From contig NW_003314279.1 of assembly GCF_000143415.4 (NCBI RefSeq), positions 1,935,679 through 1,999,678 of the forward strand: a stretch of DNA of 64,000 nucleotides. Reading direction: 5' to 3'. The notes below the pieces were generated by a model, which saw only the letters and a list, made by a program, of their open reading frames with translations, searched no databases and was not told the origin of the DNA. Source of the DNA: Selaginella moellendorffii. Lineage: Eukaryota > Plantae > Lycopodiophyta. Shown here piece after piece: positions 12,707 to 25,900 of this stretch; position 1 is the first letter of the stretch, and each line of letters opens with the position of its first letter. The translations under genes were made by a program, and so were the position numbers.

Positions 12707-13861
12707 ATGAGCTGGAGGTGCCACGGCAGGAGCAACGAGGAGCTAATCGCAAACCTCCAGAGTATGTCAGCTGTATCGCCCCGCATTGCGCTTGTTTGGA
12801 GCTGTTTCATGTGAGAGGATCGCTGGCTTTGTTTTGTCGCAGAGAATGGAATCCTGAGCTCTGCCGCCGCGGCCGACGCGATGGCGAGGATCGACAGAGC
12901 GTTTTTCGTGCCGCGGGGAGGATCGCCGTATCAAGATGCGCCCCAGCCGATTGGTATGGACAGTGCTTAAATTTCTTTTGTTTGCTTGCTCGTTTGAGAG
13001 TAGAGGATAATTGTCTTTGCTTTTGTTTTTGTGGGGACTTATGTTTTTTCTCGTAGAAGGCTTGTCACTCTTTGTTTTTCGCAGGGCACGGCGCGACAAT
13101 CTCAGCTCCACACATGGTAAGAAACACGTTTTAGTAGCAAGCAGGAGTGAAAGTGTTTCTGGCAGCATGGTTATTGCGTATCCATGCTCGCGGATCATCT
13201 CAAAGCGGGAATGACAGTGCTTGATGTTGGATCCGGCTCCGGCTACTTGACTGCGGTCTTCGCGTTGATGGTGAGTCTGAGACAATCAATGCACGAACTG
13301 ATGAGCTCAGTTTTTATTGTGTGTGTTCTTGAAGGTTGGACAAACTGGAAAAGCTGTGGGAATTGAGCACATCCCCGAGCTTGTGGAGTCGTCTATAAAA
13401 AACATCAGAAGAACACAAGCGGCGTCGCTTCTTGACACTGGAGCTCTGTCCGTCCACGGTATGCATTGTCTTCTTCTGTGCTGATTCACTCCGATGCGGT
13501 GCGCTGTGTGTAAAAGCTGGAGATGGCAAGCTTGGCTTTCCGGCTTGTTCACCTTACGATGCAATTCATGTTGGAGCTGCAGCTGCTGGTAATATTCGAT
13601 TCTCTCTTTGGCTTTTACCGCTTTTGTTAACTCTTGTATTGCTGGCTGCCAGAAATGCCGCAAGCGCTTGTAGACCAGCTCAAACCCGGTGGCCGTATGG
13701 TGATTCCAGTAGGACGCTTCTTACAGGTGAAGTGGTTGTTTCTAGTAAATTTTATACGCAACCAGATGTTAATGCAGGATCTAGTTGTCATAGACAAACT
13801 TTCAGACGGGTCCATTAAAAAACGAACTGAGATGGGTGTAAGCTACGTGCCTCTCGTGTGA
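12707..13861 (+). CDS. PIMT: Protein-L-isoaspartate O-methyltransferase, 8 exons
   Basis: Spliced reading: [18 protein letters not shown] / ..[26 protein letters not shown] / [10 protein letters not shown] / ..[13 protein letters not shown].. / ..GIEHIPELV.. / [19 protein letters not shown] / [20 protein letters not shown] / ..GVSYVPLV*. All PIMT motifs are present. Confidence 0.95.
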
Positions 13862-14427
13862 TTTAAATGCCGAAATGCAATAGAGTGCGAGAGTGGCCAA
13901 AAGATCGCAATAATGGTAAAAGCTTACGATCGCTGTCATTCTATTGCGACAATCGGGACCAGCTTGTATGGTTTTTCTGAGATTTGGGTCCACTGTTGCT
14001 TCCAAGTAAGTTGCGTGTTTCTGTCAAGTGGTCGTCGACATCTTCTAGCCAAAGAGCTAAGTGTTTTTATCGTTGTTTTCAATTGTTTTGCGCTAATTAA
14101 TATCCGTCTTCTTGTTGCTGTCACAGATCTGGGCCGAGCAGATCACTTGGAAACCTTAGAATACTACGGCAGTGAAAGGCATCTTTTGCTGGTACGATGT
14201 TGAACTTTCGTGAAGAAAGTGTGAGCCACAGAGCATTGGCCGACGTAATTTCATGTCACGCTAGAGCTATGGAGAAGGCCCAGCCGTCGACAGCCGTCGA
14301 GATGATCCATTGGAGAAATGATGGTATCAGCAGCGGACCTACCAGTCCAACAAGGCGGATTATGCAAAACCAGGATTGTGTCCTTGGATGAAGCCAAGTT
14401 TTACCAGCAAAGAAACCAGCACTAGGA

Positions 14428-17400
14428 ATGACGACGTGTGCGTCGCCGATTGCCAAAGATGTCCGTATGACTGCTTGCACGGCTTCTCTGAGTTCAGAAG
14501 ATATAAGGCGTGCTTTTGGGATTGGAGATGAACTTTTCTTACCAAAGATGCAGAGAAGCACGTCAAGCCGGCTCAGCGATGCGTTCTCTAGCACCGGCTC
14601 GTTCCACAGGGATTTGGATGATGGGGAGTTGCTGATATGGGCTGCTCTCGAGAGGCTGCCTACAGTTGAGCGTTCAAGGAAGGGGATTTTGCTCAGTGAC
14701 AATGCAGCAAAGAATGGCTGTGCTGCTGATACTCAGGCTGAAGTTGACGTTTCGAAGCTGGATGTGCAAGACAGGCGGAGGATTTTGTCCAGGCTTATTC
14801 CGACTGCCGAAGAGGATAACGAGCGTCTACTGTTGAGACTTCGCGATCGCATCAACAGGTAAGTTTAGACTTCACAGTGTGTTATCTCAGATGTGCTTTA
14901 CGATTCCCAGGGTCCGCATTGATCTTCCCAAGATCGAGGTGAGGTTTGAGCACTTAAATGTGCAAGCGAAGGTCCACGTGGGAAGCAGGGCTCTTCCAAC
15001 GCCTATTAACTTCATCAACAACTCGGCCGAGGTGCTCTTGTTATAAATGTTCTCCTGTTGTTGTATCGACAAACTTTGCAGAGTCTGCTCAGCGCGCTGC
15101 ACCTGCCTTCCTCTAACAAGAGGACTCTCACAATACTACGAGATACCAGCGGGATCATCAAACCTTCCAGGTGAAAAGTTACCGAGTTCTTTTCCTTTCT
15201 TAAATTGTTCTTTCCACAGATTGACGCTACTCCTTGGACCACCCGGATCTGGAAAGACGACGCTTTTATTGGCTCTGGCAGGAAAACTGAACAAGGATTT
15301 ACAAGTATGCATGAGACAAGCACGAGACATAAAAGTACTTGTTTTATCAGGTCACCGGGAATGTCACATACAATGGACATCAAATGGACGAGTTTGTTCC
15401 GCAAAGGACTGCTGCGTACATCAGTCAAAGCGATCTACACAGCGGGCAGATGACTGTCAGGGAAACTCTTGATTTCTCCGCTTGCTGCCAAGGGGTTGGT
15501 AGCAAATACGGTAACGGGTAATATCGGTGAGTGTTTTATATATTGATGTTTCCTTGTGGCAGAAATGCTTTCTGAACTTCTGAGGAGGGAAAAGGCGCTT
15601 GGCATAAAACCGGATGCGGACATTGACGTTTTCATGAAAGTAATATTTTTTGTTTCGTATGTTTACGACTCTTGCTGATGGATTTTTGGATTTCTCAGGC
15701 AACTTCGTTGCAGGGTCAGCAGACGAACCTTGTGACTGATTACGTGATGAAGGTGTGTGAGCATCTGCTTACTTGCAACCGTGACTAATTGTATGTGTGT
15801 CCTGACAGATACTTGACCTTGAAAATTGCTCTGATGTCATTGTTGGAGACGAGATGCATCGAGGAATCTCCGGCGGTCAGAAGAAAAGGGTGACAACAGG
15901 TTCAGCTGTCAGATTCTTTGTATAGTCACCTTCTGATTTTGCTGCAGGTGAAATGTTGGTTGGCCCTGCGAAAGCGTTGTTTATGGATGAAATTTCCACG
16001 GGCCTGGATAGTTCCACGGCGTTTCAAGTTGTTCAGTGTTTGAGACAGTTCGTGCATGTGATGGATGCCACTCTACTGATCTCTCTGCTTCAGCCTGCAC
16101 CCGAAACATTTGGCCTGTTTGACGACGTTATATTGTTATCAGAGGGACGGATCGTTTATCATGGACCTCGTGAACTGGTTTTAGAGTTTTTTGAATCGCA
16201 AGGCTTCAAGTGTCCTGAGAGAAAAGGTGTTGCTGACTTCCTTCAAGAGGTAAACCAGTTTCACATCAAACGGCTTGATTTTAATGTTGTTGATACGCAG
16301 GTAACATCGAGGAAAGATCAAGCTCAATATTGGACTGGTACAAGAGCTTACAGCTACGTTTCAGTTGACGACTTTCAGAGGGCTTTTGAGGGCTTTTCGG
16401 CTGGCCAGAAGCTTGCTGAAGAACTTGAGAAACCATTCGACAAAGCGAGCAGTCATCCTGCCGCTCTTGTGACACAAAGATATGCCCTGAGCAGCTGGGG
16501 ATTATTTCGGGCTTGTCTTGCAAAAGAAGTGCTGCTCATAAGGCGGAACGCCTTCGTTTATGTTTTCGCAGTGTTCCAGGTAACCTCTTTCTCTATCATC
16601 TGCATACTTACAGTTTGCCATGACAGATTTTAATTACTGCTGCTATCGCCATGACCGTATTTATAAGAACTGAAATGAAGCACCAAACCGTAGACGATGG
16701 AGTTGTCTTCCTTGGAGCTATGTTTTTTGCCTTGCTGACGGGCATGTTTAACGGGTTTGCTGACTTAGCCATGACCATCTTCAGGCTTCCAGTTTTCTAC
16801 AAGCAAAGGGATTCGTTGTTCTATCCTGCATGGGCGTATGCTTGGCCCATGATTATTACCAGACTTCCGATTTCATTAATTGAAGCGGCAGCTTGGGTGA
16901 TACTTACGTACTGGGTGATAGGATTTGCACCGCAATGGAGCAGGTATAAGCCAGTTATTATTTATCTAACTTTGATCTTCTTTTTTCAGATTTTTTGGAC
17001 AAGTGTTAATATTTTTTGTTGTCAATCAAATGGCTCAAGGTCTTTTTAGATTGATTGCTGCTTTGGGACGGACGATGGTTATAGCAAATACCTTCGGGGC
17101 TTTTGCTATACTCGTCATTATTTGTCTGGGGGGATTCGTTATAAGCAGAGGTAATGTTTACTATTTCTCTATATGTCATAAATCTCGTTTTGTATGCAGA
17201 GGACATACATCCGTGGTGGATATGGGGATACTGGACTTCTCCTCTAATGTATGGGCAAAATGCGATTGCGGTGAACGAGTTTCTTGCACCCAGATGGCAA
17301 AAGGTACCAACTTTAAGCGCTAGAAAATTATGGCAAACTGATCGACTGATAAGTTTGTTTCAGCCATCGAACTTTTCCAGCACAGTTGGAGAAGCTATAC

Positions 17401-20075
17401 TATTAACACGTGGACTATTTCCAAAGTGGTACTGGTACTGGATCGGTGTCGGAGCAGTCACTGGATTTGCCACTCTGTTCAATGTTGGATTTATTCTGGC
17501 AATGACTTACCTGAACCGTAAGCAGCTGTTTTAAGCGTTCCAATGCGTTCTCATTCAAGTTCTGTTAGCTATTGGCAAGTCACAAGCCATTGTTCCTAAG
17601 GACATGTTAAATGAACGATCATCAGACGCTCCACGCATATATTTACAAAAAGTGGATTCTTCAAAACCTGATAGTCTACGTGATATCGAAGAAGGTAACA
17701 TGTGTTTCGCCTTTTTTTTTTTTTTTTTCTAATTTTTACTCTTCTATGTGAATGTTTTTACAGGTATTGAATTGCAATCACGAGAAAGTGGCAGGCTCAA
17801 AACTTATTTGAAGGGAATGGTGTTACCATTTCAACCTTTATCGCTAGCGTTTCATCATATCAGCTATTTTGTTGATATGCCTCCTGTAAGCAGCCATCAC
17901 ACTGCTAGACACATCAAGTAAATGACCGTTTGCAATTGCAGGAGATGAAACATCAAGGCAACAAACTACAGCTTCTTCAAGACATTAGTGGTGTTTTCCG
18001 GCCTGCAATTCTCACAGCCCTTCTTGGCGTAAGTGGCGCAGGAAAGACAACTCTAATGGACGTTTTGGCCGGTAGGAAAACCGGTGGATACATTGAAGGG
18101 GAAATTATAGTAGCGGGTCGCCCAAAAAAGCAGGAAACATTTGCTCGGGTCTCAGGATACTGCGAACAGAATGATATCCATTCTCCAAATTTGACTGTGG
18201 AGGAATCCTTGATCTTTTCAGCGTGGATGCGTTTGTCGGAAAAGGTTGACAGATCCACTCGAGCGGTAAGTTGCAGTTCTTGCGCTTTGAAGTACTCAAC
18301 TACATACACTGTACAGATGTTTGTTGAAGAAGTTCTGGAGCTTGTCGAGCTTGCATCTCTAAGAGGTGCTTTAGTTGGAGTGCCCGGAGTTACTGGGCTA
18401 TCCGTTGAGCAAAGGAAGCGCTTGACTGTTGCTGTGGAACTGGTTGCTAATCCTTCGATAATTTTCATGGACGAGCCTACGTCAGGCTTAGATGCACGAG
18501 CTGCTGCAATTGTCATGCGGACAGTTCGAAACACCGTTAACACAGGACGAACCGTAGTTTGCACTATACATCAGCCCAGCATAGATATATTCGAAGCCTT
18601 TGACGAGGTAAGCCTTTGCTCATTCTTTTCTCGCTCTCTGATCGTGGTTTATGGCAGCTCTTCTTGATGAAACGAGGTGGACAACTGATTTATGCAGGTC
18701 CCCTTGGTAAATTTTCTGCTGAAGCCATCCATTACTTTGAGGTACCTTGGGCGCATCTGTTTTTTTTTTATAGTGATAAGCGTCTTGTTCACAGGGTGTT
18801 CCTGGCGTACCAAAAATCAAAGATGGTCACAACCCTGCTACCTGGATATTGGAAGTAACGTCTCAAATGTCTGAAGCTCGTCTCGAAATCGATTTTGCAG
18901 AAGTTTACAGGAAGGCATCTCTATGCGAGTAGGTTATATTTAATTCTGTGCGAGCCACTTAACTGTGTTTATGCAGACAAAATGAGGCTCTTATCAGGGA
19001 GACAATTCAGAGCTCGAAAGACACTCCGGAGCTGCACTTCCCGACGAAATATCCTCAGGCATTTATCTCACAGTGTGCGATTTGCCTTTGGAAGCAACAT
19101 CTATCATACTGGCGAAATCCTCAGTACTGCGTGATTCGTATGTTTTTTACGGCCGTGTCAGCTGTATTGTTTGGTGGAATTTTCTGGGACCTTGGAACCC
19201 GAAGGTATTATTAGTCGTGCTTCCTTGAAACCAATTTGTAACAACGGACTTATTTGTATGCCGCAGAAGCAAGCAGCAAGATTTGTTTAACTTGATTGGC
19301 GTTCTCTATTCAGCAGTTCTTTTCCTGGGTGTAAACAACGCATCCACGGTTCAACCGGTTGTGGCAACGGAGCGTACTGCATATTACCGCGAAAGAGCTG
19401 CCGGAATGTATTCTGCGCTTCCCTACGCTTTTGCTCAGGTAACGAGATTCTTTTTTCCTTCTGTGGTCAAGACGATCATTCCTTTTCTCCAGGTGCTTGT
19501 GGAAGTTCCATATGCTCTGGTTCAAACTCTTCTTTATGGCTCCATTACGTACTCCATGATTGGATTCGAATGGAGCATCGTCAAAGTGTCCTACTTTTTC
19601 TTCTTCACATTCTCGGGACTTCTTTACTACACGCTCTATGGGATGATGGCTGTTGCATTGACTCCAAACGAGCAGATCGCAGCAGTTGTCTCGGCATTTT
19701 TCTTCGGAGTTTGGAACCTTTTCGCGGGCTTCATCATACCATACAAGGTTCGTGGATCCTTCCGTTCAAGCGTTTCTGCTCTTAGCTTGGCTGTTTTGGC
19801 TGCAGAGAATTCCCGTGTGGTGGAGATGGTACTACTGGGCAAATCCGGTGGCATGGACCGTCTACGGCCTGTTTACTTCGCAGCTTGGCGACGTCGACAC
19901 ACTCCTGGCAATCCCAGACCAGCCTCCGAAGACGGTGAGGCAGTTCATGAAGGATCACTTCAACTTCGAGCTCTCATTTGTAAGCCGAGCAGCCGCCATG
20001 CAAGTCGTCTTCATCGCTACCTTTGCTCTCGTCTTTGCGGTGTGCATCAAGCATTTGAACTTTCAGAGGCGCTGA
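14428..20075 (+). CDS. Full-size ABCG (PDR) transporter, >20 exons; start may instead be ATG 14548
   Basis: WAALERLPT; [12 protein letters not shown]; [35 protein letters not shown]; NBD2 [21 protein letters not shown] and [33 protein letters not shown]; C-terminal LNFQRR*. Confidence 0.96.
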
Positions 20076-20293
20076 CCTTCTTTCGAAGCTGAGAGAACTA
20101 TTTGTGATTCTTGGCACCATTTTACAGTGCACTGCTTCGGAGAAGTGTTTGAAGAGCACACAAACTTGGTAAGTAGTGTTCTTTGCTCGTATCCTTGACT
20201 AACTTCAGAAATTTTGCAGCTTCGTTACCATTCATAGTATAGACATGAGCCGATTCTAGCAGAGACTCAGTCATGGGAGCTGTAGGTTCAATA

Positions 20294-21630
20294 CTAAGGA
20301 CATGCTGCACTAAAACCAGGCCCTCCATAGAAGAAGCTATTCTTCCCGTTTCTAAAGACTAGTTGTAACAGGAAGAAGATTCGTGCTTTTCTCCCAGATT
20401 CCCGAGCGGCTCAAAGTACAAGGTCCCGCCATTCACCGAAGCTTTGAATAGATTTCGATGGAGGGCAGCGTTTCTGAAACCGGCTGCTGGAAACTCCCCA
20501 CTCCCCAATGGCGATCAACCTGCGATGTTGTTCCTATAATATCACAAAGTTTGGATCTTTCTCACTGGAGAGAGAGAGAGAGAGGTTCACGTGATTGATG
20601 CAGGGGCCCTCGACGAAGGCGTGGTGGCTTCAAGTTGGCGGACAGACCATTGGCTACTGGCCTTCTTCTTTGATTCCAAATCTCGCCAGCGGGGCCAGGT
20701 TCGCTCAGTTTGGTGGCAAAGTCTACTCCAAAAGCGCTCCTCTTTTGTTCTAACCTGGAACAGAGTGAACGTGATATCATATTGAGCTCCTCCTCGCTGA
20801 GAGTATGGCGCTAGAACGCCTCCAAGCGCGACGCTGCTGCTCACTTGGACAAATCCAGGTGACAACCAAGTTATAGCAACCAGTTGATTTGTAGCCATCC
20901 CAGTCAATGAACAAGTGGGGCTCCCCGCTCCCACCGTATAAACGAGGATACACCTTAAGCATTAATGCATGTTAGCGTGTATATCATTGAAAAGCTGGCG
21001 GGCTTGGTTTACGTACATGCCACCCAGCTTCGATTGTGCTTCCCATCCCGTCCGCCAGCCAAAGCTGAGAGAGGGTGAAGGAGCTTTCAGGAGTTTCAAT
21101 ATTTGGTTTCCAGATGCTCGTGCTCGTCGATCATATTAACGATACACGGCATGCTACAAAATGTGCAAAGTCAATTTACCAAAACGAAAAACTCATGGAA
21201 CCTCGTGGATTTCCCGCGCTTGTTGCAATTTGGCACTGGGACGTTCGAATTTTGTGGCATTTTTCTTGAGCACGCGAATTGGTATTTCTCCTGGCTGACA
21301 CTTTGGAGGTGGACTGCTGGTATTCATTGCAACTAAAGGTATTAGACTATACAACAGGCATTCTATGCCAAACGCCGCACCTGTATTGTCTGAGTGCTTC
21401 CTTGCAAGGAGATTTGTGTGTTGGTTTTCACGCATTTGATAGAGTCTCCGTTTGCGAACTGAGGACGCCCCTTGTTAGATTGTGCACTACTGAAAATTCT
21501 CCTCAAAGGACTCAACCGTAAAACTAAAAGCCTCGTTGCTCAGCGTTCCACCACTCCATGCACTCCAGAAGCATCCCAAGCTCCATCTGCACCGAGTTTG
21601 ATTTTATGACGCTGTCCAAGTGCGTTATTA
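20294..21630 (-). pseudogene. Neprosin (DUF239, prolyl-endopeptidase-like) pseudogene with activation-peptide remnant
   Basis: Minus-strand pieces: NGDSIKCV, KCQPGEIPIRV, SIWKPNIE..FTLSQLWL..TIEAGWH, VYPRLYG..GCYNL, PGFVQVSSSVALGG, LGSGEFPAAGF, FFYGGPG..CP*. There is a frameshift between GCYNL and PGFVQ (~20865) and in-frame stops, and the usual WWL/GYWP segment is not recognisable. The 5' limit is approximate. Confidence 0.8.
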
Positions 21631-21938
21631 CCTGTATAAGCATTGTGAAGACCTCTTTGAACTGACCGCAAAAAAATTTTAAATCCCAATAAAGTTAGCA
21701 TATTCTATGTATATCCGTTCATATTCTATGTATATGCTTAATTTCAAAAGAATTGTAAGAACTCTGCTTGGTCTTCCCTCTTCCTTCTTTGTAATGCCCG
21801 TGACTATATAGAGTCCGGGCAGGAAACTTATGGAGTTCGTTCAGGAATGTCGACAAGAAAACGACGAGTAAGTCGCTTGTAAGTTGAGCTTGATTGTGAT
21901 CAATGTCTGGATCCCAGGTATAACGAACGAGGAGAGGT

Positions 21939-22904
21939 ATGGAGCAGCACAAGCAAGCTCCACTCTGGGCGCTGCTCCTCATTCTCGCCAGCGGTCTCAT
22001 TCTCACTGCCGTGGGCCTCACCAAGAACCTGACGCTGCTGCTCAACAATTACCCAAACTTCAAGCGCTTCAACACGCTGCTCACCACTAGCGGCGTGGTC
22101 GACCAGGTCAATCCCATGCTCACCGCCACCCTCTTCATCCCGGAGAACAACACGCTCCTCAACGACTTCATCTACGACATGGGCAAGCACCCCAGCGAGG
22201 AGAAGCTGGCGGACCTGGTGCGCTACCACATCTCCGACTTCTACATCGAGTCCGAGTTCCTGGCGGTGCGCCGCAACTTCTCATCGCCCATCAAGACACT
22301 CTTCCGGGAGCGCCCCTACGAGGAGACGCTCCACTTCCGCTGGCTGCAGCTCAACGTCGACAACCACGGCGTTGCCACGCTCTCCAGACCGCCACATCAG
22401 TCGCCGCCGCTGGCTACCATCCTCCGGAACGTCGTCCAGGAGCCCTTCTCCATCACGGTCTATGCCATCGACCGGGTGCTGGAGCCGGAGGGCTTCCTTC
22501 CGCCACCGCCGCCACCGCCACCTTCACCGCCGCCACCATCACCGCCGCCGCCTCCGCCTCCACCCCCGTCGCCACCACCACCACCACCTTCACCACCTCC
22601 TCCTTCGCCACCGCCGCCACCCTCACCACCTCCTCCTTCGCCACCTCCGCCGCCCTCACCGCCTCCTCCTTCGCCGCCACCCCCACCTTCACCGCCACCA
22701 CCTTCGCCACCCCCGCCACCTTCACCACCACCGCCGCCACCACCGTCGCCGCCTCCGCCACACCCGCCGCCCCCACCTGCCTTTCTTCCAGAGAGTGAGG
22801 ATGGCATTCCGCCGCCACAGTCTCTGGCCATGCAAAGATTCCATAGAAGTGTTCTCGCCTCCACATTAGTGTCTCTTTTGGCGATGCTGCTACTCAAATT
22901 TTGA
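21939..22904 (+). CDS. Fasciclin (FAS1) domain protein with extensin-like Ser-Pro3-8 block, signal peptide and hydrophobic C-terminus (possible GPI signal)
   Basis: Single 321-aa ORF: N-terminal hydrophobic stretch; FAS1 motifs (TLFIPEN, LVRYHI, VYAIDRVLEP); ~95-aa SPPP(P) tract; hydrophobic tail VLASTLVSLLAMLLLKF. Confidence 0.9.
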   Translation: MEQHKQAPLWALLLILASGLILTAVGLTKNLTLLLNNYPNFKRFNTLLTTSGVVDQVNPMLTATLFIPENNTLLNDFIYDMGKHPSEEKLADLVRYHISDFYIESEFLAVRRNFSSPIKTLFRERPYEETLHFRWLQLNVDNHGVATLSRPPHQSPPLATILRNVVQEPFSITVYAIDRVLEPEGFLPPPPPPPPSPPPPSPPPPPPPPPSPPPPPPSPPPPSPPPPPSPPPPSPPPPPSPPPPSPPPPPSPPPPSPPPPPSPPPPPPPSPPPPHPPPPPAFLPESEDGIPPPQSLAMQRFHRSVLASTLVSLLAMLLLKF

Positions 22905-22943
22905 TCGAAGAATGGAATAAAACTATGTTTGAAAATATCGTTA

Positions 22944-25900
22944 TCACCTGGTCTGGAAATTCAGCACCTTGATGCAGAATGCGAACATGGCCGCAAAGAA
23001 GATGCTGAATCCCATTACCACGCCTGCTATGACTCCCAGGAAATCGTAGTGGAAGCCGAAGTACTCCTCCAAGAACACATTCACCGGTTTAACTTCACCA
23101 CCGGGTAGTAGCAAGTCCTTCGTCACGTCTCCGTATTGCGAGGTGAAGAGGCCGTTCACGGTCCAGGCAACGGGACATATCCAGTAGTACCACGTCCACC
23201 ACTTCGGAATTTTCTGGAAGAAGAATAATGTCACGGGTTCCTCGAGCAAGCCTATCGGAAAGAACTTACAGGATAAGGGATGAGGAAGCCGGCAAAGAGG
23301 TTGAAAAGCGAGTAGAAAGCCGAGCTGAGGATGGCTGCAACTTGATGGTTTGGAGTCATGGACACGGACATGAGCCCGTAGTACGTGAAGTACATGAAAG
23401 TGAAGAACGTAAAGAAGAGGTACCAGAAGAACTTTGCAGGGCTCCACTCGAACGACATCATGGAATATATGATGGGGCAGTAGATCAAGCTCTGGACGGC
23501 GAGGTAAGGGATTTCGATCAAAACCTGGAAGCAGAAGCTATGTTTTAGCAGCTAAACATGTAACACCAATTACCTGTGCCATTGCGTATGGCAGTGCGGA
23601 GTACATTCCAGCCGCTCGCTCTCGGTAGAATACGGTTCTCTCCGTGGAAACCACAGGCTGAACTGTGGAGCAATTCTGTACTCCGAGGACAATAACGGCG
23701 CCATACATTGCTCCCATCACTGTGAAAAGGTCTCCTTGAGCACCTCTGTGGACAAAAAAGAAAAGGTGCGCTTTTAGTATCTCTTCTAGTGAACAAACAC
23801 TGACGTTTTCTCTCCACGTTTCCAGAAAATGCTACCATAGAGCAGGGCAGCAATCAGAGTGAAGATTAAACGGACGCAGTTGTAATCCGGGCTTCTCCAG
23901 TAAGTCCAGTACTGCTTCCACAAGCAGGATTTTAGCTGCCCGAACAATGACTGCGTGTACTTCGTTGGAAAATACAAGTCCGCAGCTTCCGGTTTGGGCG
24001 AGCTCAGCTCCTTGACGAGAGATTTGTTTCTCCTGTACAAACTACCATAAGAATCTAGCTATCAATATTTTTTATACGTACTGATAAAGTTCTGACTTGA
24101 TATATATATCTGCAAAGTCAACTCCTAGGCGTTGTTCGGATGGAAGAGATGTTACTTCCAGCATCCAAGTAGCAGGGTTGTACCTGTGAGGAATTTTTGG
24201 AACTCCGGGAATAGCCTGAATGAAAAAAGGAAAAAGAACGTTTAGCGCCATACCCAGGCTTGGCATTACCTCGAAGTACTCGATCAATTTTTGGGAATCT
24301 TTCCCAAGCGGACCGGCGTAGATGACTTGACCTCCTCTTTTTAACAGGAGCAGCTGGATGCAAAATCTAAAGATCAACACCGGAGGAAAAAAGAAAGGGG
24401 AGAACACACCTCGTCAAATGCCTCAAAAATGTCTATGCTGGGCTGATGTATGGTGCATGCCACTGTTCGGCCTGTATCCACCGTATTTCGAACAGTTCTC
24501 ATCACAATAGCAGCAGCCCTTGCGTCCAGTCCAGATGTTGGCTCGTCCATGAATATAATTGACGGATTTGCGACAAGCTCAACAGCAATGGTTAGCCGCT
24601 TTCTCTGCTCAGTTGAAAGACCAGAGACACCAGGTAGACCGACGATGCTATTTCGTAAGTTGTCGAGCTCGACAAGCTCCATCACCTCTTCAACAAAGCT
24701 CTGCAAGAAAAGGCAAACTTAAAACGCAATTGGAAGGAAATTTTCTGACCCACCATTTTATCTTCGGAACTGATGTTTGGTGCCAATCTTAGCCATGCAG
24801 AAAACAGCAAGGACTCGTGAACTGTGACCTGAGGAGAATGAATATCATTTTGCTCACAATATCCAGAAATACGGGCAAAGGTCTCTTGCTTTTTTGGAAA
24901 GCCGGAAATCTTGATGTCTCCGTCTATGTAGCCACCTGTTTTCCGTCCGGCTAGAACGTCCATGAGAGTCGTCTTTCCAGCACCACTTACGCCCATCAAA
25001 GTTGTCAACACGCCGGGACGAAAGGAACCTGTTATATCCTTTAGAAGCCGCAGCTTATCATCGGTTATGCCCTGCTCTTTCATTTCCTGCATTTCAACAA
25101 TCACTGGGATGGTTTCTAGTACAATATGGCAAACTCACCACAGGCATATCGACGGAATAGCTAATCTCACTGAAAGAAATTGACAGCGCTTTAAATGGAA
25201 GTCTCATGCCACGTTTCGGCATTAAGCCTCTGGCATCTTTCAAATCCACGTCGTTGCCGTTTGGAAGATTTTGAGGATAAGTAATATCGAGAGCTGCGTT
25301 AGTTTAGCATAATTTGCGTCAGTGGAAAAAGCAAGGAAGAAAATTCTTACCGACTCTGTTGCCATCAAAACTTGAAAGAGAACGAGAGGATGAACGTGAA
25401 CCTGCTAACGGTTTTGCGACGCCTGAATCTTGGATTTCCTGACTTGCTTCAATTTCCGCTAATGTCTCATGCGACCGTGCAACCTGATGCTTACCCAAAG
25501 CTACAAAATGAAAAACAATTGTTAGTGGCAGATTAACAAGTCAAAAGCAGAACTTACGATTTAAATACGTAAGCGCCAAAGTAAATAAAACGTTGAAGAG
25601 ACACATAAAACCAACCATAGCTCCAACACCAATCCAATACCAATATCCTCTCGCAAAGAAACCACGATCTTTTAGAACAGTGGCGCCAATGGTGGAAGTT
25701 CCATTGAAAGGCTGCACGAAAACTGACTTTTAAGTCATTACTTTTATCTCTACTAACCTTATCCCAGCGAGGAGAAAGCATCTCGTTTACAGAAATGGCA
25801 TTTTCAGCATACGGGAGTGGGTTCATCCAATATCCCCAAATCCACCAGTTGGGAATATGATCTGAAATAACTTGCAACTGTTAAGGCAGAATCAAAAACA

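Noticed and set aside
22372-22897. His/Arg-rich and Gly-rich ORFs
   Set aside because: Alternative frames and antisense of the polyproline tract.
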